A DNA stretch of 64,000 bases. Origin: Firmicutes bacterium UBA5435. GTDB lineage: Bacteria; Bacillota; UBA5435. A program made the translations under genes and the position numbers. The stretch is from contig DIRN01000069.1 in the NCBI GenBank assembly GCA_002426645.1, forward strand, positions 12,469 to 76,468. Reading direction: 5' to 3'. Under the pieces are notes generated by a model. It made no database searches and was not told the DNA's origin. It was given only the letters and a program-made list of their open reading frames with translations. Position 1 is the stretch's first letter; every line of letters begins with the position of its first letter. This document shows positions 53,115-63,078 of the stretch, in pieces.

Positions 53115-53694
53115 AGAACTTGTAATCAAAGCAATTAAGAGAGTAATGTCTCCCCAAAGATTTCTTCATTCTCTTGGGGTGCAAGATACTGCTGAAAAGC
53201 TAGCTGCAAAGTACGGTGCTGATGTGAAGAAAGCTTCTTTAGCAGGTCTTCTTCACGACTATGCTCGTGATCTTGAAAATTCATCTCTCTTAAAGAAATC
53301 TATAGACTTTAGTATGTCTATTAATGAGGTTGAGAGGTTAGCGCCAGTATTACTCCATGGTCGTATTGGAGCAAAGCTTGTTCAGGAAGAGCTTGGCATA
53401 GACGATGATGAGGTTCTGAGCTCTATATCATATCATACTACTGGTACTTTAAGTATGACATTATTGCAGCAGATAATATATGTTGCTGATTACATAGAAC
53501 CTAGCAGGGACTTTCCTGGTGTCCAGAAGATACGAGAAGCTACGTGGAATAACTTGGATTTAGGCACCTTAGAAGCCTTTGAACATACCTTAAGTTATCT
53601 CCTTGAAAGGAAGGTATTGATACATCCAGCTACGGTAGAAGGTAGAAACTTCCTTCTATCTAAATTATATATAAACCGTAATGGAGGTCAATGA
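53107..53694 (+). CDS. yqeK: HD-domain bis(5'-nucleosyl)-tetraphosphatase YqeK
   Basis: HSLGV..., LLHDYAR HD motifs. Conserved nadD-yqeK pair. Confidence 0.85.
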   Translation: MDEELVIKAIKRVMSPQRFLHSLGVQDTAEKLAAKYGADVKKASLAGLLHDYARDLENSSLLKKSIDFSMSINEVERLAPVLLHGRIGAKLVQEELGIDDDEVLSSISYHTTGTLSMTLLQQIIYVADYIEPSRDFPGVQKIREATWNNLDLGTLEAFEHTLSYLLERKVLIHPATVEGRNFLLSKLYINRNGGQ

Positions 53695-54818
53695 ATTTGA
53701 AGGTAAGGATCTTTTTTATTACCCTTTTTCTAATCATAGTATTCCTTATAGGGAAAGTTATAATATATCCATTTCTTCAGGGCCCTGACTATTTTACTGA
53801 TAAGAGGATAAACCTTCTTATTCTAGGTATAGATGATGTGGAAGGTACAAAACGTTCTGACACTATTATCGTTAGTTCTCTTGATTTAGATGGGGATGAG
53901 TTCTGGTTTCTTTCTGTGCCTAGGGATACCATGCTAGATATAGAAGACTATGGACTTGATAAAGCTGGACATGCTTATGCTTATGGTGGTATAGAGTTGA
54001 CCTATAAAACCGTGTCTGAACTTTTAGATATACCCCTTCACCATTACGTACTCCTGGATTACAATGGGTTTAAGAAGATAGTAGATATAATGGGTGGGGT
54101 AGATATAGAGGTTGAAAAGCAGATGCACTATGAGGATAAGACAGCTGGATTTATCATAGATTTAGAACCTGGCTTTCAGAAGTTAGATGGAGAAAAGGCT
54201 CTACAATATGTAAGGTTTAGATCTGATGGTGATGGAGATTTAGGACGCATAGGACGTCAACTAAAGTTTATGCGTAGCGCTGCCCAACAGTGGGTCCAAC
54301 TTTCTTTCCTTTGGAAGGCTCCCTCTCTTTTCTTTGCATTGCGAGAAGGGATTCGTACTGATATGTCATTTTCTACACTAATGGCTTTAGCTGGCTTTGC
54401 TAAACACTTTAAAACAGAGAAGTTTTTTGCCACTAAACTTCCAGGAGATGCACGTTACGTAGATGACATAAGTTTTTGGATACCAGATAAAGATAGGATA
54501 GATGCCCTTGTAGGTAAGTTTTTTTATGGTGAGGGTAGGACGGAAAGACCACGTATAGAAGTATTGAACGGGAATGGAATTCCAGGAGCTGCTAGGAAGG
54601 TCAGTGACTTGCTTATAGATAATGGATTCAATGTAGTAGGTGCTGGAGATGCATGGAGCTCTGACTTTGAAGAAACATTGATAATAGATAAGGTAGGCTA
54701 TAGGGAGCTAACTACTGAACTGGCTGGTATTCTAGATGCACCTGTGCTCATTGATTATGGTGGGAGTATAAAATATTCAGAAATTTTAGTTATAGTAGGT
54801 AAAGACAGAGTGTTTTAA
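53691..54818 (+). CDS. LytR-CpsA-Psr (LCP) family cell-envelope phosphotransferase
   Basis: N-terminal TM. LCP core (LILGIDD...RSDTIIV...VPRDT). C-terminal LytR_C-like extension. Confidence 0.85.
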   Translation: MNLKVRIFFITLFLIIVFLIGKVIIYPFLQGPDYFTDKRINLLILGIDDVEGTKRSDTIIVSSLDLDGDEFWFLSVPRDTMLDIEDYGLDKAGHAYAYGGIELTYKTVSELLDIPLHHYVLLDYNGFKKIVDIMGGVDIEVEKQMHYEDKTAGFIIDLEPGFQKLDGEKALQYVRFRSDGDGDLGRIGRQLKFMRSAAQQWVQLSFLWKAPSLFFALREGIRTDMSFSTLMALAGFAKHFKTEKFFATKLPGDARYVDDISFWIPDKDRIDALVGKFFYGEGRTERPRIEVLNGNGIPGAARKVSDLLIDNGFNVVGAGDAWSSDFEETLIIDKVGYRELTTELAGILDAPVLIDYGGSIKYSEILVIVGKDRVF

Positions 54819-54842
54819 GTAGGTACTTGGAGGGGATATAAT

Positions 54843-56204
54843 ATGCTTATAAATCCTAGTGAAGTTCTTGAGACTATAAATATGGTTGAAGCAGAACATC
54901 TAGATATACGTACTGTAACTTTAGGTCTAAGCCTGAAGGATTGCGTTCATCAAGATCCTGCTTTATTTAGAGAACGTGTCTATAATAAGATAGTAAAGGT
55001 TGCAGGGAGACTATGTACTGTTGTAGAAGGGATACAGAGACGATACGGCATACCTATAGTAAACAAAAGAATCGCTGTTACCCCAATCTCCGTAGTAGGG
55101 GGTTCCTATGATAAAGAAGCATTAGTAGAGGTAGCTCATACCTTGGAAGATGCAGCCTGTGAGGTTGGAGTAGATTTCATAGGTGGTTTTTCTGCTTTAG
55201 TTCATAAGGGGTATACAAAGGGTGATAGAGCGCTGATAGAGGCTATCCCAGAGGCTTTATCTACTACAAAAAGAGTGTGCTCTTCAGTGAACCTTGCTAC
55301 GACTAAAGCAGGTATTAATATGGACGCAGTCCTTCATATGGGACGAATTATAAAAGAGTGTGCTAGACAGAGCCAGTCCCATGGAGGAATAGCTTGCGCA
55401 AAGTTAGTGGTATTTGCAAATGTCCCAGAGGATAATCCCTTTATGGCTGGTGCCTTCCATGGTGCTGGAGAGGGAGAAGCAACGATAAATGTAGGGATAA
55501 GTGGACCAGGAGTAGTACGCTCCGTTGTTGAGAGGTTTCCAGATATAGATCTAGGAGACTTATCAGAGCAAATAAAGAAGACCGCATTTAAGATAACCCG
55601 TGTTGGAGAATTGGTAGGGAGAAAGGTAGCAGAGGAATTGGGGATTCCCTTTGGCATTGTAGATCTCTCTTTAGCACCTACTCCTGCACCTGGTGATAGC
55701 GTTGCTAATATCCTTGAGGCAATGGGACTTGAACGCTGTGGGACTCATGGTACTACTGCAGCGTTAGCTCTTCTCAATGAAGCGGTTAAGAAAGGTGGTC
55801 TTATGGCTTCTTCATATGTTGGAGGCTTGAGTGGAGCATTTATACCTGTAAGCGAAGATCAGGGTATGATCGAAGCAGTAATGAAAGGTGCACTTTCTCT
55901 CAACAAGTTAGAAGCCATGACCTCAGTCTGTTCTGTTGGCCTGGATATGATAGCTGTTCCTGGGGATACTTCGGACGAGACAATTTCCGCTATCATAGCA
56001 GATGAAATGGCTATTGGAGTTATTAATAATAAGACTACTGCAGTACGTATAATCCCTGCTATTGGCAAGAAAGAAGGGGACATTATAGAATTTGGAGGGC
56101 TTCTTGGTTCTGCTCCAGTAATGCCAGTGAGCGACTTTGATTCATCATCTTTTGTCAGAAGGGGTGGCCGTATTCCTGCACCAACACGGGCACTAACAAA
56201 TTAG
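54843..56204 (+). CDS. UPF0210 (DUF711) family protein
   Basis: 453 aa, [28 protein letters not shown]... is characteristic of UPF0210. No ACT-domain partner ORF nearby. Confidence 0.75.
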   Translation: MLINPSEVLETINMVEAEHLDIRTVTLGLSLKDCVHQDPALFRERVYNKIVKVAGRLCTVVEGIQRRYGIPIVNKRIAVTPISVVGGSYDKEALVEVAHTLEDAACEVGVDFIGGFSALVHKGYTKGDRALIEAIPEALSTTKRVCSSVNLATTKAGINMDAVLHMGRIIKECARQSQSHGGIACAKLVVFANVPEDNPFMAGAFHGAGEGEATINVGISGPGVVRSVVERFPDIDLGDLSEQIKKTAFKITRVGELVGRKVAEELGIPFGIVDLSLAPTPAPGDSVANILEAMGLERCGTHGTTAALALLNEAVKKGGLMASSYVGGLSGAFIPVSEDQGMIEAVMKGALSLNKLEAMTSVCSVGLDMIAVPGDTSDETISAIIADEMAIGVINNKTTAVRIIPAIGKKEGDIIEFGGLLGSAPVMPVSDFDSSSFVRRGGRIPAPTRALTN

Positions 56205-56743
56205 AAGCTACCAAAGAACCATCTTGTTATGGATATAGCAGCTATAAAGGCTGCTATATCTGCCATTAAACCTACAGTAAGAGCGTGGCGAAACTTTTTT
56301 ATGCCAATTGAGGCGAAGTATATTGTTAAAATGTAGACTGTAGTATCAGTACTGCCCTGTATAGTAGAGGCAAGACGTCCAGCATACGAGTCAGGACCAA
56401 GGGTATGAAAGAGATCTACTGTCATAGTTAACGATGCTACTCCTGAGAGTGGTCTTACGATAAAAAGTGGAACCACTTCTGCTGGGATACCTAAAGGGAC
56501 GAGGATGGGGCTTAAGATATTAGTAAAAATCTCCATAGCCCCGGAATCTCTGAAGATCCCTATAGCTATGAAGAGGCCTACCATATAAGGGATGAGCTTT
56601 ATGGCTGTCCAAAAACCTTCTTGGGCACCTTCAACGAAAACTTCGAAGACTCTTACTTTTTTGTAATAACCATAGCCTAAGATGAGGGACATGAAGATGG
56701 GTATGGCCCACCGCGATGCCTGAGTTATAAGGGAAAAGAACAC
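56201..56743 (-). CDS. spmB: Spore maturation protein B (nucleoside-recognition-domain membrane protein)
   Basis: 180-aa membrane protein downstream of spmA on the minus strand. Confidence 0.75.
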   Translation of the reverse strand: MFFSLITQASRWAIPIFMSLILGYGYYKKVRVFEVFVEGAQEGFWTAIKLIPYMVGLFIAIGIFRDSGAMEIFTNILSPILVPLGIPAEVVPLFIVRPLSGVASLTMTVDLFHTLGPDSYAGRLASTIQGSTDTTVYILTIYFASIGIKKFRHALTVGLMADIAAFIAAISITRWFFGSF

Positions 56744-56749
56744 CTAGAC

Positions 56750-57385
56750 TCACCTCCTTTTCTTCCTATGTACATTGTGATTTTTGTGTGCTATTTCAGC
56801 TTGCTTTTTTCGTTTATTCTTTGCTCTGAATATGGCATCTGCAATTATAGCTACTGCTGTGGAGCAGCTGGTAGCAAAGAGAGTAGTCCCTACGATCTCG
56901 CTAGGGTTTGCAGACCCTGATGCAGCACGCATAGCAATAAGGGTAGTTGGGATCAGTGTTACACTGGAAGTATTAATGGCAAGAAAGGTGCACATACCTT
57001 CACTTGCTGTGCTCTTATCTTCGTTAAGTTCTTGTAGCTCCTTCATTGCTTTCAGTCCAAAAGGGGTGGCAGCGCTACCAAATCCCATCATATTTGCACA
57101 GATATTCATGAGGATACAACCCATAGCAGGATGTCCCTTTGGAAGAGACGGGAAGAGAAATTTTATAACGGGATAAATTAGGTCTGTCATTCGTTTTAAG
57201 AGACCAGATTCTTCCGCTACTTTTGCCATGCCTAACCAAAGCGTCATTATTCCAATGAGACCGATTACCTTTTCTACTGCTCCATTTGCTGATGAGACTA
57301 TGGAGTTTGTTACGACATCGACATTACCGTTTACAGCAGCTATAAGTATTCCTCCCACTATGAGTAAAAAGAATATTAAGTTCAT
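56750..57385 (-). CDS. spmA: Spore maturation protein A
   Basis: 211-aa nucleoside-recognition (Gate) domain membrane protein. spmA-spmB pair. Confidence 0.75.
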   Translation of the reverse strand: MNLIFFLLIVGGILIAAVNGNVDVVTNSIVSSANGAVEKVIGLIGIMTLWLGMAKVAEESGLLKRMTDLIYPVIKFLFPSLPKGHPAMGCILMNICANMMGFGSAATPFGLKAMKELQELNEDKSTASEGMCTFLAINTSSVTLIPTTLIAMRAASGSANPSEIVGTTLFATSCSTAVAIIADAIFRAKNKRKKQAEIAHKNHNVHRKKRR

Positions 57386-57396
57386 ATTTTTACCTC

Positions 57397-58677
57397 CTAA
57401 TCATGAATGATGACCATGGTACCATCAGGAACATTCTCATAAAACCATTTAGCGTCTTCGTCTTTTAATCGAACACATCCGTGACTAGCAGGACCACCTA
57501 ACTTATCTAGTTCTTCTTCTTTAAGGCGCCAGTCACTATCTCTTGGTATGGAATGAAAGAGGTAATTATCCATAAAACGTACCCAAAAGATTGCCCCTTC
57601 TCCGTATTTATAGGAGAAAAACTGAAGTCCTCTATTAACTATATGGTATATACCTGGTGGAGTTTCGCGCCCTGGTGCTCCACCTGAAGCCAGCATGACT
57701 TTTATAGGCTCGTTACCACGTCGTACTATTACTAAATGGGTCCCAGAGAGGTCTACTTCAACCCATAAGGTATCTTCTTTGATTTCCATGGTAGTAAAGG
57801 AAAAACTCATAGGATCTATTGGTTCGCCTGTTATTGAGGTGGCTTCTACCATCACATCATATTTATGTCCTGGTTTGAATAGATATGCCTCTTTAAAGGT
57901 TAGCTTCTTATCTTCTACTAGCGTAACCCCATTCATATTAGATACACTTATCTTACCTTCTTCAATTGGTTCATCGAAACTTATCTCTATTGGACGATAG
58001 AGTCCTACTCCTTTTGAACCAGGTGTTGGAGAGATCTTTATAGGTTGAGGTTTAGCAGCTGTTCTAAAGGACAAGGTCATTCCTTCTTTTATGTATATAT
58101 TATAAGTCCTATGGTTTTCTAACCTTTCAGTTGGTAAGAGCGTCCATTGGGTATAGTCTTGATATTCTTTACCGTTAAAGAATTTGATTGTCGGAAGGAG
58201 TTTACCATCCGCATTAGCAGATATCTTATCCCTTAAAGAACTAAGATCTACTGGACTATTGAATCTTATGATTATTGGTCCTGATGTAGGGGGATCTACA
58301 GTAGGATATATACCTAAGATCTCTAACGGAACCTCTTGTTTAATGGTTATAATTCCCCATTTTTTCAATGGGCACATCTTCATTTTAATTCCTTGGATCC
58401 TTATGTAGATCTCTCCACACTTTATAGGCCTTTCTTGGGATATTGTAAGTTCTAAAGTGGATGGGGTGGTCCACTTTGATACTATCTTCATCTGAGTCCA
58501 CGGAGAGTCTGAACTTACTAATATTTTTTTGATCTCTCCATCTTTAACAGATAAAAAGAAATTCAAGGTGACTTTAAGAGTCTCTGAATCTCTATCTATT
58601 GTATAGGGTATATAAAAGCTTACAAGAAGACCCCCAGCAAGGATGAGAATGAAGAGACTTAGAACGACGTATTTCAC
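57397..58677 (-). CDS. L,D-transpeptidase (YkuD domain) with N-terminal anchor and Ig-like repeats
   Basis: C-terminal HGCVRLKDEDAKWFYENVPDGTMVIIH catalytic His/Cys motif. First gene of the ldt-spmA-spmB minus-strand operon. Confidence 0.85.
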   Translation of the reverse strand: MKYVVLSLFILILAGGLLVSFYIPYTIDRDSETLKVTLNFFLSVKDGEIKKILVSSDSPWTQMKIVSKWTTPSTLELTISQERPIKCGEIYIRIQGIKMKMCPLKKWGIITIKQEVPLEILGIYPTVDPPTSGPIIIRFNSPVDLSSLRDKISANADGKLLPTIKFFNGKEYQDYTQWTLLPTERLENHRTYNIYIKEGMTLSFRTAAKPQPIKISPTPGSKGVGLYRPIEISFDEPIEEGKISVSNMNGVTLVEDKKLTFKEAYLFKPGHKYDVMVEATSITGEPIDPMSFSFTTMEIKEDTLWVEVDLSGTHLVIVRRGNEPIKVMLASGGAPGRETPPGIYHIVNRGLQFFSYKYGEGAIFWVRFMDNYLFHSIPRDSDWRLKEEELDKLGGPASHGCVRLKDEDAKWFYENVPDGTMVIIHD

Positions 58678-58840
58678 TCTTTTCCTTCTCCTTTATTTTA
58701 TTTAGGACTAAACTCCTATAGATATATATATTTTAATCAATGAAAGAGTATGTTCTTTGAAGGAAAGAACTATTATTTCTCGAAGTATATATTTGACATA
58801 TTCTTTAGACGAACTAATTGAGTTCGGGAAGGGGATGGCT

Positions 58841-59958
58841 ATGGGGGAGATTATTCGGAATGTGCGTTTTGAAGAACTGGAAGCCTTTAACCGTTTTTTA
58901 GAACGGTCTTATGGACACAAATATGGGTTTTTCAAAAGCTCTCATGCACCACATAATCCAGATGCTATTCGTTGTAATCTAGTAGTGGAGCGAGATGGAT
59001 GTATAGTATCTCATGTAGGTACTTATCCTATGGATATAATTATAGGGTCAGCGCGTATTTTATGTGCTGGTGTAGGAGGGGTTGCAACCCATCCAGAAGA
59101 ACGTGGCAAGGGCTATATGTCGCAACTCATGGAAGAATCATTGCGTAAGATGAGAGAAGAAGGATATCATATATCTGTTTTATGGGGGAATCAACAGCGT
59201 TATAGTAACTTTGGCTATGAAACATGTGATATACAGTATAAGCTAACTATAAATAGAATATCTCTTGAACATTTCAAGGTTCAGCCTGTCCCTCTAGAAG
59301 AAGTAGATCCTCAGGATGAAGATGTGATAAAGCGCATACACCAGTTACACTCTACACTTCCTTATAGAGTTGAACCAAAACACTTTGATTTGAGACTCCT
59401 TAAGTATAAAGTAAGAGTATTTTTAGGACCTGACGGATATCTTCTATCACGCAATGAAAAAGCAGGTAATCTAGAGATCCATGAGATAGTTTCTCCAACT
59501 CATCAAGAAGCGGGGTTAATCTTAGGAGCCTTAAATTGGACGTTTGGATCAGCTGCTAGTTTAAGGTTAGAGCCTGGTGAAGGGGAACGCGCGGACCGAC
59601 TTCTCATGTAGCTAGTTATTGGAGCGCGATGCCCCAAGGAATGTTCAGGATAATCCATTGGCCTAGGTTATTAACTGCTCTAAGGCCTATCTTAATTGAA
59701 CGAGCATGGGATTTATCTGATTTTTCTATAGCTATAGGTTGCAAATGGCAGCCAGATGTAGAAGTTGCCACAGTTATATGGGACGGAAGTAATATGCAGG
59801 TATCTGAAGGTCGTCATTGCGATGAATACGTTGAAGTAGATGGAAGGCTTTTAATATCCTTGCTCTTAGGTAGGCCTTGTTTGGATTACAAACCTTTGGG
59901 GCTCTTCGGAAGATTACTTCCTGTGCCTCTTCATATACCAATTCAGGATCATGTATAG
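58841..59958 (+). pseudogene. Eis-like multi-domain GNAT N-acetyltransferase interrupted by a frameshift (or assembly error) near 59600-59630
   Basis: GNAT motif A GVATHPEERGKGYMSQLM. Second GNAT-like domain runs to 59611. The SCP2-like C-terminal domain (MFRIIHWPRLLTALRP...) continues in another frame at 59629-59958. Confidence 0.5.
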
Positions 59959-60003
59959 TAAAGTCTTGAGGAGTAATAACGAATAATACGGAGGAAAGGT
60001 TTT

Positions 60004-61071
60004 ATGGATAAACTTAAAAGTTTAGCTAAGCTTAAGGATGGTATAAAGTCAAGGAGGTTTTCGTCGTATGATACTACTGGTGGGAATCGTGATTCTATAC
60101 CCATTCCTGCTAATAGCGAAGTAGATATAGCTCAAATGAGTGGTCCAGGATGCATCCGACATGTATGGATGACTACAACGGAGGATGATAATAATCTACG
60201 TCGTCTAGTTCTTAAGATGTATTGGGATGGAGAAGTTAATCCTTCTGTTCTTTCTCCACTGGGTGATTTCTTTGGTCTTGGACATGCAAAGGCTGTATAT
60301 CTTAATTCAATTCCAATACAAGCATTTTACTTAGGGTTAAATTGTTGGTTTCCGATGCCATATAGCGAAGGTGCTAAGATAGTAGTCTCTAATGACTCTG
60401 ATAAGGATAGTTTCCTTTATTATTATGTAGATTATGAGGAGTGGGCTAAGCCTCAGTATGATTTGGCGCGTTTCCATGCTAACTGGAGAAGAGAACTTGT
60501 AACTAAGGATAATGCACCTGAGGGCCCTAATCGTTTTGGTCAAAATGAGAGACTTAATATAACAGGTGATGGTAACTATGTGATCCTAGATGTTACTGGC
60601 AAGGGCCATTATGTGGGATGCTTCCTGAACCTTGATACTAATGAACCGGGTTGGTGGGGAGAGGGGGATGATATGTTCTTTATTGATGGTGAAAAATGGC
60701 CTCCTGATCTCCATGGAACCGGCACTGAAGATTACTTTTGTGGAGCATGGAATTACAATAGGCTTAATCGGACCTATTGTACACCGTACTTTGGCTATCA
60801 TTTTCGTGGTAATATAGATTATACGGGTAAGCATTCTCAGTACAGGTTCCATATCCAGGATCCTATTTACTTTGAACGTTCACTTAAATTCTCTATAGAA
60901 CATGGTCATGCCAATGATAAACAGGGTGATTGGACTAGCACAGCATTTTGGTATCAAATTGGAAGAACAAAGCCGTTACCAGCTATAGGTCGCTTTGAAG
61001 AGCGTATTCCCTATTCACATGGTGGGTTGGAACGATGGCCTGGAAAAGATAGAAAGGGATTAAATCTATAA
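60004..61071 (+). CDS. DUF2961 / GH172-family glycoside-hydrolase-like protein
   Basis: 355 aa with conserved ..IRHVWMT.., WWGEGDDMFFIDGE, HGTGTEDYF segments of DUF2961. Confidence 0.75.
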   Translation: MDKLKSLAKLKDGIKSRRFSSYDTTGGNRDSIPIPANSEVDIAQMSGPGCIRHVWMTTTEDDNNLRRLVLKMYWDGEVNPSVLSPLGDFFGLGHAKAVYLNSIPIQAFYLGLNCWFPMPYSEGAKIVVSNDSDKDSFLYYYVDYEEWAKPQYDLARFHANWRRELVTKDNAPEGPNRFGQNERLNITGDGNYVILDVTGKGHYVGCFLNLDTNEPGWWGEGDDMFFIDGEKWPPDLHGTGTEDYFCGAWNYNRLNRTYCTPYFGYHFRGNIDYTGKHSQYRFHIQDPIYFERSLKFSIEHGHANDKQGDWTSTAFWYQIGRTKPLPAIGRFEERIPYSHGGLERWPGKDRKGLNL

Positions 61072-61113
61072 GAGATGAAACGCTACAACATTAATGTCCT
61101 AGCGTTTCATTGG

Positions 61114-61142
61114 TTGACAAATTGAATGTCTATGCATATAAT
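61114..61142 (+). promoter_or_regulatory. Consensus sigmaA promoter TTGACA-17-TATAAT for arsR-permease operon
   Basis: TTGACA 61114-19, 17-nt spacer, TATAAT 61137-42. Confidence 0.65.
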
Positions 61143-61148
61143 ATCAAG

Positions 61149-61193
61149 TATACATCAATTTTTTTTGATATATACATCAAACTATTTTGATTT
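61149..61193. promoter_or_regulatory. Tandem inverted repeats (CATCAA-N6-TTGATA, twice): putative ArsR/SmtB operator
   Basis: TATACATCAA / TTGATATATA, then TATACATCAA / ..TTGATT. Located immediately downstream of the -10, overlapping the likely +1. Confidence 0.5.
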
Positions 61194-61213
61194 ATAGGAA
61201 AGGATATGGGTAA

Positions 61214-61525
61214 ATGAAGCTATTAAGTGATTATGCTCAAATCTTTAGTGCTATGGCTGATGAACTACGCCTTAAAGTTCTTTTGTATTTATATGTAAAT
61301 GGCGAAAGATGTGTGTGCCATATTGGAAATTATTTTGACCTTGGTCAGTCTAATATCTCCTACCATTTGAAAATATTATCTGATGCAAAGATTATTAATA
61401 AGAGGCAGGTCGCTGTATGGAACTATTATTCATTAAATCGAGATAGTGATGTTTATAATCTCTTGGAGAAAATTCTTAAAGATGTAAGGACAAAGGAGTG
61501 GGACGATAATGCCTCAAATGAATAA
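61214..61525 (+). CDS. ArsR/SmtB-family metalloregulator
   Basis: wHTH ..CVCHIGNYFDLGQSNISYHLKILSDAKII.. with an upstream metal-site Cys pair. 103 aa. Confidence 0.85.
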   Translation: MKLLSDYAQIFSAMADELRLKVLLYLYVNGERCVCHIGNYFDLGQSNISYHLKILSDAKIINKRQVAVWNYYSLNRDSDVYNLLEKILKDVRTKEWDDNASNE

Positions 61526-62432
61526 TTTAGTTGGAGCAGGGAAGATGTTTTTATTTCTTATGGGAGAGCTAATGCTACTTTTTATAGGAATTAGTTTCTT
61601 CATAGCCCTTATACAAATTTATTTATCAAAGGAAAGAATTAAAAGAATACTTACTACCCAAAGGAAGGGGATAAATAGTATATTAGGCGCACTTCTAGGG
61701 GCTATTACACCTTTTTGTTCCTGTTCTACCGTTCCTATTTTAGTAGGATTATTAAAAAGTGGCGCTCCCTTCTCAGGTACATTATCATTTTTATTGACTT
61801 CACCTATATTAAATCCTGCTATTATAGGAATGTTTCTAGTGTTTTTGGGGTTAAAAGCTACTATCATATATACTGCTTCCACCTTCGCGTTTGCTGTTAT
61901 AGTAGGGTTGCTCCTTGATAGATTTGGTTTTGAAAAAGAGGTTAAAAACGTTAGTATAAGAGGGGATATTGGTGATGAGTTGGTATATGAAAAACTTCAA
62001 GGAACTTTCTGGGCCAAAAATATGATAGCTTTCCGACACGCATTTATCGAATCGCTATCCCTCTTTAGACAAGTATTTCCATATTTACTTATTGGTGCGG
62101 GTATAGGTTCTTTCATTTATGAATTTGTTCCTCAAGATTTATTATCAAATTTTTCTGGTAAGTCTAAAATACTATCTGTACCTATCGCTGCTATAGTTGG
62201 CGTACCTATGTATATTAGGACAGAAACGATGATACCAATAGCTAGAATAATGATTGATAAAGGCGTGAGTCATGGTACCATGGTAGCTCTTATAATTGGC
62301 GGTGCAGGAGCAAGTATTCCAGAACTATCGTTATTGAGTTCTATATTTAAGAAGAAAATGATGATTGCATTTGTTCTTTCAATTTTATTAGTTGCTATCG
62401 TTACAGGTTATGCCTTTAATATTGTAATGTAG
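61509..62432 (+). CDS. DUF318/ArsP-type permease (TPFCSCS motif)
   Basis: 8-TM permease with the conserved ..ITPFCSCSTVP.. Cys motif of the ArsP/DUF318 family. Overlaps the arsR stop. Confidence 0.8.
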   Translation: MPQMNNLVGAGKMFLFLMGELMLLFIGISFFIALIQIYLSKERIKRILTTQRKGINSILGALLGAITPFCSCSTVPILVGLLKSGAPFSGTLSFLLTSPILNPAIIGMFLVFLGLKATIIYTASTFAFAVIVGLLLDRFGFEKEVKNVSIRGDIGDELVYEKLQGTFWAKNMIAFRHAFIESLSLFRQVFPYLLIGAGIGSFIYEFVPQDLLSNFSGKSKILSVPIAAIVGVPMYIRTETMIPIARIMIDKGVSHGTMVALIIGGAGASIPELSLLSSIFKKKMMIAFVLSILLVAIVTGYAFNIVM

Positions 62433-62452
62433 GAAGGGAAAGGGGTGATAAT

Positions 62453-62599
62453 ATGAGTAAAAAGAAGGATTCTATTTTTTCTAAAATCTTTAAGCCTAAA
62501 AAATCATCTTGTTGTTGTAATATAGCAATTGTTGAAGAGCCAGATGAGCCTAAGGATGAAAAACTAAAAGAAAAAAAGCCACGCCAGAGAATTAACTAA
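62453..62599 (+). CDS. Small Cys-rich peptide (48 aa, SSCCCN motif)
   Basis: ATG 62453 with RBS GAAGGGAAAGGGG upstream. MSKKKDSIFSKIFKPKKSSCCCNIAIVEEPDEPKDEKLKEKKPRQRIN. Not in the ORF track (below size cutoff). Confidence 0.4.
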   Translation: MSKKKDSIFSKIFKPKKSSCCCNIAIVEEPDEPKDEKLKEKKPRQRIN

Positions 62600-62706
62600 T
62601 TGCGGATATAATCATAGCATTAAGAGTAGTCTTAACCATTGAAATCTAAAGGCAGTCATGGTATCATTGAGCCAAGCATTAAATGAATATATGAGGCTGT
62701 GCATTT

Positions 62707-63068
62707 ATGAGTAAATTAACCTTACAGCAATTAGAGTTAACTTTGTAGAAGGCAGCTGATAGAATTGAACGCAGCAGAGTATAAAGATTATATCTTTGGC
62801 TTTCTATTTTTAAAACGAATAAATGATGAGTTGCCGGTAGAGCAAAGAGAAAGAAGAGATAGGGCCTGAATTAGATGATGCATATTAGTATTTGATTAAA
62901 AAGTTTGCTGATAGTGGTGGCGGGAAAGGTGGAGAGTTTTATACCCTAGAGGGGGTAGCGCGTGTATGGGTTAAGATTATAAAGCCTCAAGAGGCGATAA
63001 ACTTTATGATCCTACTGAGGAAGAAGCTTAATGAGTATCTTAAGGAATTAGGCTTTGACGAGATATAA
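62707..63068 (+). pseudogene. hsdM: Decayed remnant of a type I R-M methyltransferase gene (hsdM): N-terminal and C-terminal pieces with internal deletions and stops
   Basis: MSKLTLQQLELTL*, AAEYKDYIFGFLFLKRINDE (HsdM N-domain signature), GKGGEFYT (the GEFYTP motif), ..YDPT.., ..NEYLKELGFDEI*. Spread over three frames within about 360 bp. Confidence 0.55.
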
Positions 63069-63078
63069 GGTGGAATTT

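Noticed and set aside
56784-57176. 130-aa + strand ORF
   Set aside because: Antisense to spmA, which has the expected membrane topology.
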